Below are positions 1-10,527 of a stretch of 64,000 nucleotides of DNA, in pieces. Numbering within the stretch: position 1 is the first letter of the stretch; each line of letters begins with the position of its first letter. The notes under the pieces were generated by a model, which did not search any database, had not been told where the DNA came from, and was given only the letters and a program-made list of their open reading frames with translations. Both the position numbers and the translations under genes were made by a program. The DNA is from a virus, in the IMG/VR virus record IMGVR_UViG_3300009376_000001; one strand, given 5' to 3'.

Positions 1-2
1 CG

Positions 3-2264
3 CTACCCGCATTTAGAGTACCCGCACTCCATGCATGAAGAACATCCTTCAGACATAGAGAGTGGTCCATCACACTCTGGACACCGTGACCCCCCTACAA
101 CTATTTCGCTAAAATTCTCTAATGTAGTAGCATCTCCATGCCCATTAGCATGTATAGACACTCCTACCGAGCCTGATAGCACCTGTCCTATACCATCAGC
201 AAGTGACAATACCATTTTACCGTCATTCCATACCGGACAACAAGTAATTCCTAACAATTGTTTTGTAATAACATCTACAGGTACTCCATATTGAATAGCC
301 GTAGATATCAAACGTCCCATTGCCTCAGTATCGGCTGCCTGACACTTGCCTGTTTTTCCAGTTTGTGCCAAAACTTCATAAATTTGATCTTTATCATAGT
401 TAACAGTGACATACATTTTGCCATGACCTGTATTCACTGAAGTAGTAGAACCAACTAACTTAGTCGCTCTAGCTTTTACTCGTGGAGCAGGAGATACAGT
501 TTCTGTCGTATTATTCGCCGTGGATACTAAAACTTCTCGTTCTCTAGACCCACGTCGGTATACTGTGATTCCTTTACACCCCGACTCCCACGCCTGACTA
601 TACGCCATAGCAATATCATGCTCAGTTGCTTCATTAGGAAGATTAATGGTCTTAGATATGCCTGAGTCCACATATTGCTGGAACGCTGCTTGCATCTTTA
701 TGTGATCTTCATGGCCTATTTCATCACTAACTGTGAAAACTTCACGGAGTTTAGGATCCATTAAACCATCAATACTATGTCCATCTTCAAGATATTCTTC
801 AATATCCTTATAGGACATACCTAAACTATTCTTTAAATCATCATTTATATAAAAGAGTTCTAAGTTCTCTAAGGCAGCTGACATATTATGCTTCTTATAG
901 GCCAATGCAAACAGAGGCTCAATGCCACTAGAACAGTTAGCAATCATACTAATCGTGCCTGTAGGCGCAATAGATAACCGCCACGCATTACGCATAGTAT
1001 CCCACTCGCCACCGTTTATTTGATTAAGCGGTGATTTGTCAAAAGCAGGAAAACTACCTTTATGCTGTGCTATGCCCGAAGAAGTCTTATCTGCTTCTGA
1101 TTTAAGAATAGAACCTACTTTATCGGCTAACTCTAGAGCTTCAGTACTATCATAAGGAATATTAAGACGTACCAATAAATCAGCAAAGCCCATTATGCCT
1201 AGACCAATCTTACGAGTAGATTGATTCATAGATGTAGTGTACTCAGTAGGATGCCTATTAGCATCTACAACGTTATCCAAGAAACGAGTACATGTTGCTA
1301 TAACATTCGTAAAACGCTCTTCATCAAAATAATTATGTTTAATGAAATTGCCAACGTTGATACTACCTAGATTACAAGACTCTCCTGATAGTAATGGCTG
1401 TTCTCCACACGGGTTAGTCGCATTTATCTGACCAAGCATCGGAGTAGTGTTATCCTGATTGATACGGTCAAGCCATACCATACCAGGTTCGCCATTCATC
1501 CAAGCACCTTTAATAATTTCACTATATAACTCAGCAGCCTTTACAAAACGACCATCCATTGTCGCATCAGGAGCATCATAAAATTGATTATCAAGAGGCC
1601 ATGCTAGACGAATATATTTATCTTGCCTAACCGCCTCCATGAAATTACTATCTGCCCCTATTGAGATATTAAAGTTCGTTATTTGTCCTTCAGTATTCTT
1701 ACAATGAATAAATTCTTCAATATCAGGATGATAGACTTCCATGATAGCCATATGTGCGCCATCACGTTTTCCGCCTTGCGTAATCATCGTGCCAACTTGA
1801 GAGAGCACCTTAAGCACATGAATAGGCCCACATGCTTTACCTTGGGTAGTAGCAATACCTTCCCCTTTAGGACGTAATGCTGAAAGGCTAAAACCAATGC
1901 CTCCCCCAAATTTTTCAATCATAGCCTGATCATGCGCCACACGCATGATATCTTCCATGCTATCGGGAATATCCATTACATAGCATGCTGACATAGTTCC
2001 TTGACCTGTGCCTGCATTCATGAGTGTAGGACTATTAGGCACAAAGTCCAAATTCCACATCAAGTCAAAGAAATTACTTTCTAATTCTTTAACTTGATCT
2101 TCTGTAGCCCCATACTTATATTCTACTTCTGCCATAGTACGGGCTACTCTAGTAAACATACCTTCGGCATTTTCAATAGGTACGCCTTGTTCATCCTTCA
2201 GATAATATCGCTTCTCCAAAATCTTAAGTGCATTATCCGTTAGATTTGATACAGCTGCTTTCAC
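3..2264 (-). CDS. nrdJ: Class II (adenosylcobalamin-dependent) ribonucleotide reductase with C-terminal TSCPD domain and Zn ribbon
   Basis: PNSPTLMNAG, SAC, TNPCGEQPL, CNLGSIN, RKIGLG, IAPTGTIS, ISKTINLP and KGITVYR motifs; C-terminal CPEC...CxxCGYSKC; no small-subunit gene next to it in the window. Confidence 0.95.
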   Translation of the reverse strand: MKAAVSNLTDNALKILEKRYYLKDEQGVPIENAEGMFTRVARTMAEVEYKYGATEDQVKELESNFFDLMWNLDFVPNSPTLMNAGTGQGTMSACYVMDIPDSMEDIMRVAHDQAMIEKFGGGIGFSLSALRPKGEGIATTQGKACGPIHVLKVLSQVGTMITQGGKRDGAHMAIMEVYHPDIEEFIHCKNTEGQITNFNISIGADSNFMEAVRQDKYIRLAWPLDNQFYDAPDATMDGRFVKAAELYSEIIKGAWMNGEPGMVWLDRINQDNTTPMLGQINATNPCGEQPLLSGESCNLGSINVGNFIKHNYFDEERFTNVIATCTRFLDNVVDANRHPTEYTTSMNQSTRKIGLGIMGFADLLVRLNIPYDSTEALELADKVGSILKSEADKTSSGIAQHKGSFPAFDKSPLNQINGGEWDTMRNAWRLSIAPTGTISMIANCSSGIEPLFALAYKKHNMSAALENLELFYINDDLKNSLGMSYKDIEEYLEDGHSIDGLMDPKLREVFTVSDEIGHEDHIKMQAAFQQYVDSGISKTINLPNEATEHDIAMAYSQAWESGCKGITVYRRGSREREVLVSTANNTTETVSPAPRVKARATKLVGSTTSVNTGHGKMYVTVNYDKDQIYEVLAQTGKTGKCQAADTEAMGRLISTAIQYGVPVDVITKQLLGITCCPVWNDGKMVLSLADGIGQVLSGSVGVSIHANGHGDATTLENFSEIVVGGSRCPECDGPLSMSEGCSSCMECGYSKCG

Positions 2265-2291
2265 TTTACTCTACTCCATTATTATAAAATA

Positions 2292-2331
2292 AAACGGCTT
2301 CTGTGCCTCAGATACAAACCAGAAGCCGTTT
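2292..2331 (-). terminator. Intrinsic terminator-like hairpin upstream of nrdJ
   Basis: 12-bp perfect inverted repeat AAACGGCTTCTG/CAGAAGCCGTTT, followed on the minus strand by a T-rich tract. Confidence 0.6.
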
Positions 2332-2368
2332 GTTTAACAATACTTAAATTGTATTAATTTTCCATTGG

Positions 2369-2824
2369 CTATACACGTATTTGGCCCCATTTAGCTATCA
2401 TCAAGGCATCTATTGAGTCCTGTGATAATTTACTAACGTCTTGCCCCAAAATCTTAATAGCCATCGCCTTTACCTTATCCTTATCGGCTCCGCCATCGCC
2501 GACTACGTCTTTCTTCCAAGTCTTTACATTAACCGTAAAGATTTCCATGTCATGATGCATAAATACAACACGACACATAGCTAATACATGTACCAACTTA
2601 ATCAACGATTGTCGATTCTGAACGAGAGGAATATCCTCAATACAAACTAAATCATCAGAAGAAACATTTGAGGCTACCCAAGGAAGAAGTTGAAGATAAA
2701 GGTCTTTAAGTCGTGTTTCCCAAGATTTTGATTTAGAGATCAATTCTACCACATCGAACCCTTCCGAGGAAAGTTTAGCGATAGCTATTTTCGATGTGCT
2801 AATGTCTAAGCCATAGATACTCAT
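2369..2824 (-). CDS. RuvC-like Holliday junction resolvase
   Basis: N-terminal GLDIS, IED, TWKK..G.G.ADK and DSIDALMIA acidic catalytic motifs of the RNase H/RuvC fold. Confidence 0.8.
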   Translation of the reverse strand: MSIYGLDISTSKIAIAKLSSEGFDVVELISKSKSWETRLKDLYLQLLPWVASNVSSDDLVCIEDIPLVQNRQSLIKLVHVLAMCRVVFMHHDMEIFTVNVKTWKKDVVGDGGADKDKVKAMAIKILGQDVSKLSQDSIDALMIAKWGQIRV

Positions 2825-3300
2825 ATCTTAAAACGTTCTTGTCCACGACGTGTAATTACACGACTAATAGTCTCAAATTGAGAATCATAAAGACTAAGCC
2901 GACCTTTTAATAGCTTCAACTCTCCATTAATCTCAATAGTACGAACTTTGAGTTGCTGTAATTGATCATCTTCTGCTAGAGCTTGACCTTTCAACGAATC
3001 TTTAAGAAGACGTTTCTCTGATTCTTTCTCTAACGTGGCTACCTTAGCAGACAAAAGTAAATCATAGCCCTCAGCAAGAACAGCATACTCTCCATCTAAA
3101 CGAGATATCTGATAACTCAGATAACTTCTCCATGCTCCTAAGAATAGAAGCCAACTATCTATTTCAACATCAGTTAGGCGGTCTGCATTAATAGGAAATG
3201 TGTAATGATGATTGCCTTCAGGCCGTTCCGGCACCGGATACTGTATATCAACATTATGTAATTCCGCTGCTTTATTTAAAAATGTAGATACTTTTACCAA
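2821..3300 (-). CDS. Helical/coiled-coil protein, possibly UvsY-like recombination mediator
   Basis: Coiled-coil character, C-terminal ISRVITRR, located in the recombination cluster; function inferred. Confidence 0.4.
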   Translation of the reverse strand: MVKVSTFLNKAAELHNVDIQYPVPERPEGNHHYTFPINADRLTDVEIDSWLLFLGAWRSYLSYQISRLDGEYAVLAEGYDLLLSAKVATLEKESEKRLLKDSLKGQALAEDDQLQQLKVRTIEINGELKLLKGRLSLYDSQFETISRVITRRGQERFKI

Positions 3301-3301
3301 T

Positions 3302-3994
3302 TTAGATGCCTCTTATAAAATAATTTTGCTCACACGTAGCTTTATAATTACACCAATCATGTTTCCATTCCGGTTGATATGGAAAATGTTCATCACGTGC
3401 TAGATAATCTTGTACTTGTCTGAACTTCTCTAATGTAGTTTCAATGATAGAATCATTACGTTCTGTTTCACAGATAATATATTGTTGATTATTTTTATTG
3501 ATATAAAAAATAATTCCTTCATCTAAGCCAGTCATTAAGGAATATAGATTCCATTGAATCAAATGCTCATGTCTAGGCAGATATTGAGCATACTTAGGAT
3601 TCTTAGGCTCCGCCATACTTTTAAGTTCTAATAAAATCTCTTTGTCATCTGTAGGACGCTTAATAATAGCATCATAAAATCCACGTATGGGCGGGTCATC
3701 ATAGGTAACTTCTTGTTCGGAGGACACCATCAATCCAGTTTCAATCAACTTCTTCTCAATAAATTCATGAAACACTGTCCCAATGCCCATACGACGAAGA
3801 CTTTGAGAAGCAATAGGGTCTTGCTCCTGCCCCAACATATAATAATATAAAGCTCGTGGACATAGATGAGCTTGTGACGGACTGAAAGAAGTCCGTTTAT
3901 ATGATGCTCGTTGTTGAGTTAAATCATAAGTATCAAAAGCTGATTCTATCCAGTGTTTTTCTCTGTCTTTTATTACTTGACTAAGTTTAGGCAT
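3302..3994 (-). CDS. Cas4-like PD-(D/E)XK exonuclease
   Basis: FSPS..LCPR.LYY, GTVFHE, GFYD, ELKS, Q..LY and C-terminal WC.YKATC. Confidence 0.8.
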   Translation of the reverse strand: MPKLSQVIKDREKHWIESAFDTYDLTQQRASYKRTSFSPSQAHLCPRALYYYMLGQEQDPIASQSLRRMGIGTVFHEFIEKKLIETGLMVSSEQEVTYDDPPIRGFYDAIIKRPTDDKEILLELKSMAEPKNPKYAQYLPRHEHLIQWNLYSLMTGLDEGIIFYINKNNQQYIICETERNDSIIETTLEKFRQVQDYLARDEHFPYQPEWKHDWCNYKATCEQNYFIRGI

Positions 3995-4307
3995 CTACTT
4001 GCTCCTGGGCATATAAAATTAATCTATTTATAAACTCTTCTTTTAGAGATGTTTTAACTTCCTTTAAAGGAAATCTCCATATATCTATTTTATAATTATC
4101 TTTTATATATTCATCTCTAATAGCATCCCTACGTTTCATATGATATGGGCCATCAATCTCTAACCCTAATAATAAATCAGGAATATAAATATCTACCACA
4201 TATGGTTCAAAATCTTGCTCTAAAATACTTCCAAATCCAGCTTCTCTAACCCATTCCGCCATCTTAAGCTGTTCTGGGGTATCTTTCTTTCTAGGTTCGG
4301 GCCTCAA
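3987..4307 (-). CDS. DUF559/Vsr-like endonuclease
   Basis: T.EQ, YVVDIY, LEIDGPYH, RD..RD and WRF pattern. Confidence 0.75.
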   Translation of the reverse strand: MRPEPRKKDTPEQLKMAEWVREAGFGSILEQDFEPYVVDIYIPDLLLGLEIDGPYHMKRRDAIRDEYIKDNYKIDIWRFPLKEVKTSLKEEFINRLILYAQEQVDA

Positions 4308-4768
4308 CTGCCAATACGTCGCATAGTAGGATTATTAGTATCCCAACTAGAAGTAGCAGGAGCACCAGAGCGGTCTGTAACACGAGTATTATTAAGTAAC
4401 CGTTCTGCTAGTAAATCAACATCACCCGCATCATCCGCATGAAGTAATGTATTTTCATTATCAGGAAGCTCTTCTTGACCAATAGCACGATCGGGTACAT
4501 CACTTTCTGTTTGCTCAATAAGTTCAGCCTTGACCGTCCGACGCTTACGAGGCTTTTTAGCAGGCTTTTTCAAACCTTCACTAATTTCCGCTGTCATTTC
4601 CGCATAAATTGACCTAGCATTTTCACGTAATTTATTGGAAAATTTGTCTGCCATTTCTGCAGCTAGTTCTTCATCTATATGATAAATACCTTCAAGCATA
4701 CTCGCAAAACTTCGAAGAATGCTATCTAAATCTCCTGCTAATGTGCCAACTGACGATTGTGTAGTCAT
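4304..4768 (-). CDS. Hypothetical protein
   Basis: 154-aa ORF translationally coupled to both neighbours; basic central patch. Confidence 0.6.
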   Translation of the reverse strand: MTTQSSVGTLAGDLDSILRSFASMLEGIYHIDEELAAEMADKFSNKLRENARSIYAEMTAEISEGLKKPAKKPRKRRTVKAELIEQTESDVPDRAIGQEELPDNENTLLHADDAGDVDLLAERLLNNTRVTDRSGAPATSSWDTNNPTMRRIGS

Positions 4769-5730
4769 TACGCCATGCTCCTTATTTCTTCTTCAATAGA
4801 AGTCAATAATCCTTCATCATCTTTCATTAATTGTAAGAATTTTTCTCTACCCAATGCTTTATGAAGAACTTCACCAGTTTCTTTATCAGGGAATGAGTAT
4901 TGAGGCCCATTACGAACAACGATTCCTAAATCTGAGGCCATCATGAATGCTTCATAAATTGGATCGGGCATGCCTGTATAGTAAAAAGGTACAGAAGAAG
5001 TCAATAACGGTGTATGCGTCTTATTCTTCTCTGCCTTCATTTCTATAAAGAATCCTTGAGGACTCTTTTGGTCACCAATAGTTTCTCCCTTTCTTACACG
5101 TACCATAATACGTGCAAAGAATTCTTGGCCTTTTCCGCCAGGTAGAGCATCACGAGTTATATAACCGCCTATACCAGCCCTAATCTGGTTTATTAAAATT
5201 ACCGCAGTCTTAGAGTTCACCGGAGCCAGTTTTCTGAACAACTGATTCATCAATCTAGCTTGTAATCCAATGGACAGATGATCCATGCCTTCCTTTGCCT
5301 CTGCAGTAGGCAATAAAGCTGCTATAGAGTCTAAAACGACAATATCTACCCCTTGCTCACAAAGCTTCAGTAAAACGTCTAAGGCTACTTCACCTGTATC
5401 AGGTCTAGCTACTATTAAATCATGAGTGTTAATGCCAACATTAGACGACCATTCGGGATCATAAGAGAACTCTGCATCTATGAAACCACAAGTGTATCCC
5501 AAAGTTTGAGCATGGGCAATGATGCGTTGACTTATATAAGTCTTACCAGATGATTGATAACCAAATAACTCTGTCACCGCCTGTCGAGGCACACCGCCTC
5601 CTAGCATTTGATCCAATGCTGGCATACCTGTAGGTATGCGTAACGTATCTAATGCTTCATCATCGCCAACGACTAAATTAGTCTTTAGTTCCTTATTAAT
5701 ACTACTAACTATTCTATCTATATCAGTCAT
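4768..5730 (-). CDS. recA: RecA recombinase
   Basis: IPTG..LD..LGGGVPR, Walker A GYQSSGKT, FIDAE, VVLDSIAAL, GLQARLM, LINQIR, PGG, KNK. Confidence 0.95.
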   Translation of the reverse strand: MTDIDRIVSSINKELKTNLVVGDDEALDTLRIPTGMPALDQMLGGGVPRQAVTELFGYQSSGKTYISQRIIAHAQTLGYTCGFIDAEFSYDPEWSSNVGINTHDLIVARPDTGEVALDVLLKLCEQGVDIVVLDSIAALLPTAEAKEGMDHLSIGLQARLMNQLFRKLAPVNSKTAVILINQIRAGIGGYITRDALPGGKGQEFFARIMVRVRKGETIGDQKSPQGFFIEMKAEKNKTHTPLLTSSVPFYYTGMPDPIYEAFMMASDLGIVVRNGPQYSFPDKETGEVLHKALGREKFLQLMKDDEGLLTSIEEEIRSMA

Positions 5731-7486
5731 GTACCAAATCTCCCCACGATACCGTTGACCTTTGTAAATCTACCTTTAATGGAATTTCTGAAGGCATTTG
5801 AAAGTCTTGCATAATAGCCCTTATCTCTTCACCTTGTGCCTCAGTAACATCGTCAAAAAGTATCTGATCATGTACCGTGTTTCGAATTTTGCCTCCTATA
5901 GATTCCACATATTTGGCAGTTTTAAGTAACGCCAACTTTAATATATCTCCAGCAGTACCTTGAATCACATAATTAAACGCCGTAAACGAGCGTTCAGGGC
6001 TTACTGGCAATTTGCGTCCAAACATAGTCTTAACATATCCATCTCGTTCTCCCTGACGTTGCAGATATTTAGATTGAGCACGAAGTTGAGGGAAACTAGA
6101 GTGAAAATAATTAAGAACTGCATCAGCTTGCGTCTTATTCATCTCTAATTTTTCTTGAATACCATCACTACCAGAACCATAAATCACACTAAAATTTAAA
6201 TGTTTACCAATCTGACGTTCTTTGGGAGTCACTTCTTCTATATTTTTGTTTAAAACCATTGAAGAAGTATAACCATGCATATCAGCATTCTCTTTAAACG
6301 CTTGAATCATATTACGTTGTCCAGAAATATCTGCTGCTATTCGTAATTCCACTTGAGAGTAGTCAAAATCAAAAAATTCATTATCAGGAATAAAAATTCG
6401 TCTAATCTTATCTTCCTTCGGAATATTCTGTAGATTTGGGCCACTACTACTAAATCTACCAGTACGAGCACCTGTGGCATTCCAATGTGGATGCACTCTA
6501 CCTTGTAAATCTTTATACGGCTCAAGATAGGTACTAGCTAATTTATTAAGACTACGCCATCGTAGAACTAATTCAGCCACTTTGGTTCCAATAGGATGCT
6601 GAATCTTCTCTAACGACTTTTCATCAACAGAACGTTGTCCTGTTTCTGTCTCTTTAGGGGGATTTATACGTAGACGGTCATAAAAATATTCTTGTAATTG
6701 CTTAGTAGACGCTACTTCAATAGGTTTACCTACTGTTTCGTAAATAGAATCTTGGATAATTCGTTGCTCTACACGAAATTCTTTTAAGAGTTGATTAATA
6801 TATTCAGTATTAATCCTTAATCCACCTTGTTCCATTTTTAAGATTATAGGAATTAACTTATGTTCAACTTTGCAAAGAAAAGCATTCTCTTCCATTACTC
6901 GATCAATATACAAATGAGCTAATGCTTTAGTGAGAACCGTATCTAACACGGCATACGGATCCATAAATTCCGCAGGAACTTGATGATACCCCTTTAGACG
7001 GTATTGTCTAATATATTCTTTAATAGTGTCTTCTGCAGCCCCTGCAGCCTGTCCGAATGCCTCTTCACCTAATTCTTTAAGGCCATGCGGAGGACGAGGA
7101 TCAATCAAATGGGATAAACGCTGAGTATCAAGTATATCCGTAGGCACAATAGTCCCATATGTTTCTCGCATCATATGTAAATCAAATTCAGAATTATGAA
7201 ATACATATGTTTTATGCGTTGCGGAGAATAAAGTATTAATTAATTTGCCAATATTCTCAGCACCATAATCAGTGTTACGGATAAAAATACCCTTATCATC
7301 CCACGATAAAGACACACCAAACGCTCGATCAGTAGTCCAATCCAATCCTGTAGTTTCGGTATCTACCGCAACGAATTTATCGTTACTACTTAGGATTGAA
7401 TCTCTAAGATCATCCAGGTTCGTTGTATTGAATAGGTTGTAAGACGGTAAATTCTTCTGTGCCTGTACCAATTCGCCATGCTCCAT
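5723..7486 (-). CDS. polA: Family A DNA polymerase (3'-5' exonuclease plus polymerase, no 5' nuclease)
   Basis: ExoI DTETTG, ExoII HN..FD, ExoIII YA..D; TGRFSSSGPNLQNIP; motif A DYSQVELR; motif B R..GK.LNF..IYG; motif C VHDQ. Confidence 0.93.
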   Translation of the reverse strand: MEHGELVQAQKNLPSYNLFNTTNLDDLRDSILSSNDKFVAVDTETTGLDWTTDRAFGVSLSWDDKGIFIRNTDYGAENIGKLINTLFSATHKTYVFHNSEFDLHMMRETYGTIVPTDILDTQRLSHLIDPRPPHGLKELGEEAFGQAAGAAEDTIKEYIRQYRLKGYHQVPAEFMDPYAVLDTVLTKALAHLYIDRVMEENAFLCKVEHKLIPIILKMEQGGLRINTEYINQLLKEFRVEQRIIQDSIYETVGKPIEVASTKQLQEYFYDRLRINPPKETETGQRSVDEKSLEKIQHPIGTKVAELVLRWRSLNKLASTYLEPYKDLQGRVHPHWNATGARTGRFSSSGPNLQNIPKEDKIRRIFIPDNEFFDFDYSQVELRIAADISGQRNMIQAFKENADMHGYTSSMVLNKNIEEVTPKERQIGKHLNFSVIYGSGSDGIQEKLEMNKTQADAVLNYFHSSFPQLRAQSKYLQRQGERDGYVKTMFGRKLPVSPERSFTAFNYVIQGTAGDILKLALLKTAKYVESIGGKIRNTVHDQILFDDVTEAQGEEIRAIMQDFQMPSEIPLKVDLQRSTVSWGDLVHD

Positions 7487-8510
7487 TAAAAGTATCTAAA
7501 CGCTCTACATAAACTAGGTCTTCCTCAAAAGAAGACAAACACTTGATAAGAAACGGAAGAGAAAAATAAGTACGAGAAAATTCTTTTTCAATATCCGCTT
7601 CTACGAATAATTCAGCTTCAATTATTGCATTTGGTATATAGGCATCTAATCCTGATACGCCAGCAATATCGGAACCTTGAGTCCCACTACTTAAACCTAC
7701 CATGTCTTCTTTAGTAGTTTGTAATGCTAATCTAAAAGAATCTAATAGTTTCCGTTTCGTAGCAGTAAATAACAACTCTCCTTCGGCCTCAATACGATTA
7801 TATAAAGCACTAGGGTACGATTCATCCGCAGTCCTAGTAGAAATCAACGTAGGGCCATCATACATAATTATCTGTTTACGTTCAGAAATCCCAATCTGAA
7901 CGTTAGGAGCAGAGAATAACCGTTCAACTACAGCAGCATACTCAGGGGGTATCACCATCTCAGGGAGAGCCTCTCCTGAATACGGAACAGTAATAGCATA
8001 CTGATAAATAGCTCCTGCTCCTGATATAAAGTATTTTTCATCATACTTATTACCTAGATAAGTATAAGTTAAACTCATATTTTCAAAAGTCTTAGAAACA
8101 AAGTCCTTAGACTTAGTTAATGCCTTAAGAAAATCTCTACCTACAGTACAACTTACTTGAACCGGAGGTTTCTCAGGGATTTCATCATACGGCCCATCAA
8201 AATAAGGTACTGTCACTTTTGAACCATCTGAGACTATAACAATGGCTCCCTTTTTATTGGTAGTTAAATCAATATATTTACTTTTAAATCCACTTATCAG
8301 ATTACGAAAAGTAGATGGGTCTACTGAAAACTTAAATTCATCATCACCCTCAGAGGCCAACCCATCCCATATTGGCATAAAGCTATCTTGCCAAAAACTT
8401 AATTGCCCTTGTACATTAGCCCCTAATAAAGGAAAGGATGAATTAGAACGTAGAGCGGAAGTAATCGTAGTTAACTTCCGCTCTAAATCACTACGGACAA
8501 CAGTAGCCAC
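7410..8510 (-). CDS. DNA polymerase sliding clamp (DnaN/beta-clamp-like)
   Basis: 366 aa; ISTR..D.SYP, F.LPFLIKCL and terminal VLQP resemble DnaN SRLIDG.YP, FN..YL and LMP; adjacent to the polymerase. Confidence 0.6.
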   Translation of the reverse strand: MATVVRSDLERKLTTITSALRSNSSFPLLGANVQGQLSFWQDSFMPIWDGLASEGDDEFKFSVDPSTFRNLISGFKSKYIDLTTNKKGAIVIVSDGSKVTVPYFDGPYDEIPEKPPVQVSCTVGRDFLKALTKSKDFVSKTFENMSLTYTYLGNKYDEKYFISGAGAIYQYAITVPYSGEALPEMVIPPEYAAVVERLFSAPNVQIGISERKQIIMYDGPTLISTRTADESYPSALYNRIEAEGELLFTATKRKLLDSFRLALQTTKEDMVGLSSGTQGSDIAGVSGLDAYIPNAIIEAELFVEADIEKEFSRTYFSLPFLIKCLSSFEEDLVYVERLDTFNGAWRIGTGTEEFTVLQPIQYNEPG

Positions 8511-8818
8511 TAAAACCCTACTTTAGCCTTACCATTCGCTACTGAGGCAAGTTTCTCTTCCATAGAAGACATTCGACGACCTAGTTCGACCAATAGCGAT
8601 TCATTCTCAGTCACATCTGTAGTAGTAATAACCTCGCCCATATGAGCTTCTAACTCAGACCATGCTTCCTTAACTACTTCTAAAGCACGATCAATCTGGG
8701 GCTTAGCTTCTTGTTCTGTATCAATATCAGCGATGGTGATAGAGGGGCGGAAGAAGTTGTATCCGCCCCCTGTAGACATTTTAAGTGTTAAACCTAATTC
8801 CACAGAGACTTTAGACAT
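8510..8818 (-). CDS. Hypothetical protein
   Basis: 102-aa ORF tightly packed in the replication operon. Confidence 0.6.
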   Translation of the reverse strand: MSKVSVELGLTLKMSTGGGYNFFRPSITIADIDTEQEAKPQIDRALEVVKEAWSELEAHMGEVITTTDVTENESLLVELGRRMSSMEEKLASVANGKAKVGF

Positions 8819-8819
8819 T

Positions 8820-9614
8820 TTATAGTTCCTCTATATTAGCCATATTAGCGTAAGCAGCTTCGGCATCATCTTTATTAATTACATTATCTTCTGGAACACT
8901 AAAAGAAGGTACTTCGACTTCAGTAATCAACTTAGCAGCAATTAATTCTAAATCAGGAAGACTATTTTCCATATCAAGAATTTCTTGTGCATAATCATTC
9001 TGTACTTGCGTATCAGACATCTCTAGCGCATATTGAGTGATGTTTGAGGGCCGACTAGAACGATAATCAAAAGTACGATTAAGTAGCGTCGAATAGTTAT
9101 CATACTTCTCTTCAATATTCTTAAACAGAGTAAAAGAAGTATTCAACAATTGAGGCTTCTTAACTGTCTCCCTAAAAAACTGTTTATTGCCTTTAGGAAC
9201 CAAATCCCAAGGCTCTTGCCCATCACGATCAAGGAATGGGTTCTGTTCCAGATGGAAAGTTCCATAATGGAATACCCAAGTTAGATAACGTGAAGTAGTC
9301 TTGGCAATACGTTCATCACCAGAGATACAATGCTCACACGGAGTGGAAATCACTGGCCCTGATTCATTAACGTTTAACCGATTACAGTACTCATAAGAAG
9401 TAAATTGTTGACCTTTGGTAGTAGTCCCTGGAATTCCATGAAAACGAGACATATCACCATTGGTGAAATCCGTTATAAACCGAAGAACTGCATGCTCGCC
9501 AGGTCGAATCCTAATAGTATTCCGCCAGATGGAATTAGGATTGCGAAATTCGCTACTAGCTCCATCTCCAGAACCTGTCGTATTTTGGTACATACCCTTG
9601 CTAATTAATGGCAT
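8820..9614 (-). CDS. Putative single-stranded DNA-binding protein (gp32-like)
   Basis: A.LRF, H, C...CxxC zinc-type motif, acidic C-terminal tail, position between primase and polymerase. Confidence 0.55.
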   Translation of the reverse strand: MPLISKGMYQNTTGSGDGASSEFRNPNSIWRNTIRIRPGEHAVLRFITDFTNGDMSRFHGIPGTTTKGQQFTSYEYCNRLNVNESGPVISTPCEHCISGDERIAKTTSRYLTWVFHYGTFHLEQNPFLDRDGQEPWDLVPKGNKQFFRETVKKPQLLNTSFTLFKNIEEKYDNYSTLLNRTFDYRSSRPSNITQYALEMSDTQVQNDYAQEILDMENSLPDLELIAAKLITEVEVPSFSVPEDNVINKDDAEAAYANMANIEEL

Positions 9615-9615
9615 T

Positions 9616-10527
9616 TTAAGAACGCTCCATCATATATTCTAAATCTTTTTTTAAAGCCTTAAGTTTCCAATAAGAATGATATTCTAATTGTGTGAAATCT
9701 TGTATATCGCCAAAATCTTTGGCTCGTCCAGGCGGAAAAGTGTATTCTACATTTAATCCTAGTTTCATAAGCGTATCAGTAGTCTTATACGCCATTTTTA
9801 GACCACTAGAATCTTTATCAGGACAGATAACTACGGTTCTCGCTAGAGTCCCTAAAATCTTAGCCTGTTCGTGAGAAACATTACCGCCAAATGTACATAC
9901 TGTATTCATCACCCCCTTTTGGTGTGCATTGATAGAATCAAATAAACCTTCTACTATAATAACCTTTCCATCATGGACTTTAACCTTGTCTAACGGAAAT
10001 ATAGCTTTATCTCTATCCATACCCTTACTATTAATATATTTTGGGTTAGTAGAAATATTACGTTGTACACTTCCGATTAATTCCCCTTTCTGGTAAATCG
10101 GAACTATAACACTGTTAAACGCTATGTGATATCGTATGTCAAAATCTAAAATAGTTTGGTTACTTATTCCACGATTCAATAAATAAGAATTATCTACCGC
10201 TGATGGTAATTCTTTTACAACATATTTAACATCGTCTACTGCTTTTGGTTCTGTATGAAACGCATAACTTTTAATATATTGCTGAGGAAATGTGTCTAAA
10301 TAGATTTGATATAGATTCTTATTAGGATTTAACTTTTCAAGTAACCTTTTCAGTCCGTCTCTACCTTTAATACAGCCATTAAAACAATGATATGCACCTT
10401 TCTTTATATTTATCGCTAAAGAAGCATTAGTATCATTATGCCACGGACAATAAGCGACTACTTCATCACCATATGTTTTGGTAAACACAAGTCCTGCATT
10501 TTCTAAAAATTCTACTACAGTGGTCAT
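9616..10527 (-). CDS. dnaG: DNA primase (CHC2 zinc finger plus TOPRIM)
   Basis: CPWHND..S, YHCFNGC, YL..RGI, PKYINS, IVEGLFD, D.D..G. Confidence 0.9.
   Translation of the reverse strand: MTTVVEFLENAGLVFTKTYGDEVVAYCPWHNDTNASLAINIKKGAYHCFNGCIKGRDGLKRLLEKLNPNKNLYQIYLDTFPQQYIKSYAFHTEPKAVDDVKYVVKELPSAVDNSYLLNRGISNQTILDFDIRYHIAFNSVIVPIYQKGELIGSVQRNISTNPKYINSKGMDRDKAIFPLDKVKVHDGKVIIVEGLFDSINAHQKGVMNTVCTFGGNVSHEQAKILGTLARTVVICPDKDSSGLKMAYKTTDTLMKLGLNVEYTFPPGRAKDFGDIQDFTQLEYHSYWKLKALKKDLEYMMERS

Noticed and set aside
3302-3994. CRISPR-Cas system suggested by the Cas4-like gene
   Set aside because: No repeat-spacer array or other cas genes; stand-alone Cas4-like nucleases are common in phage replication modules.
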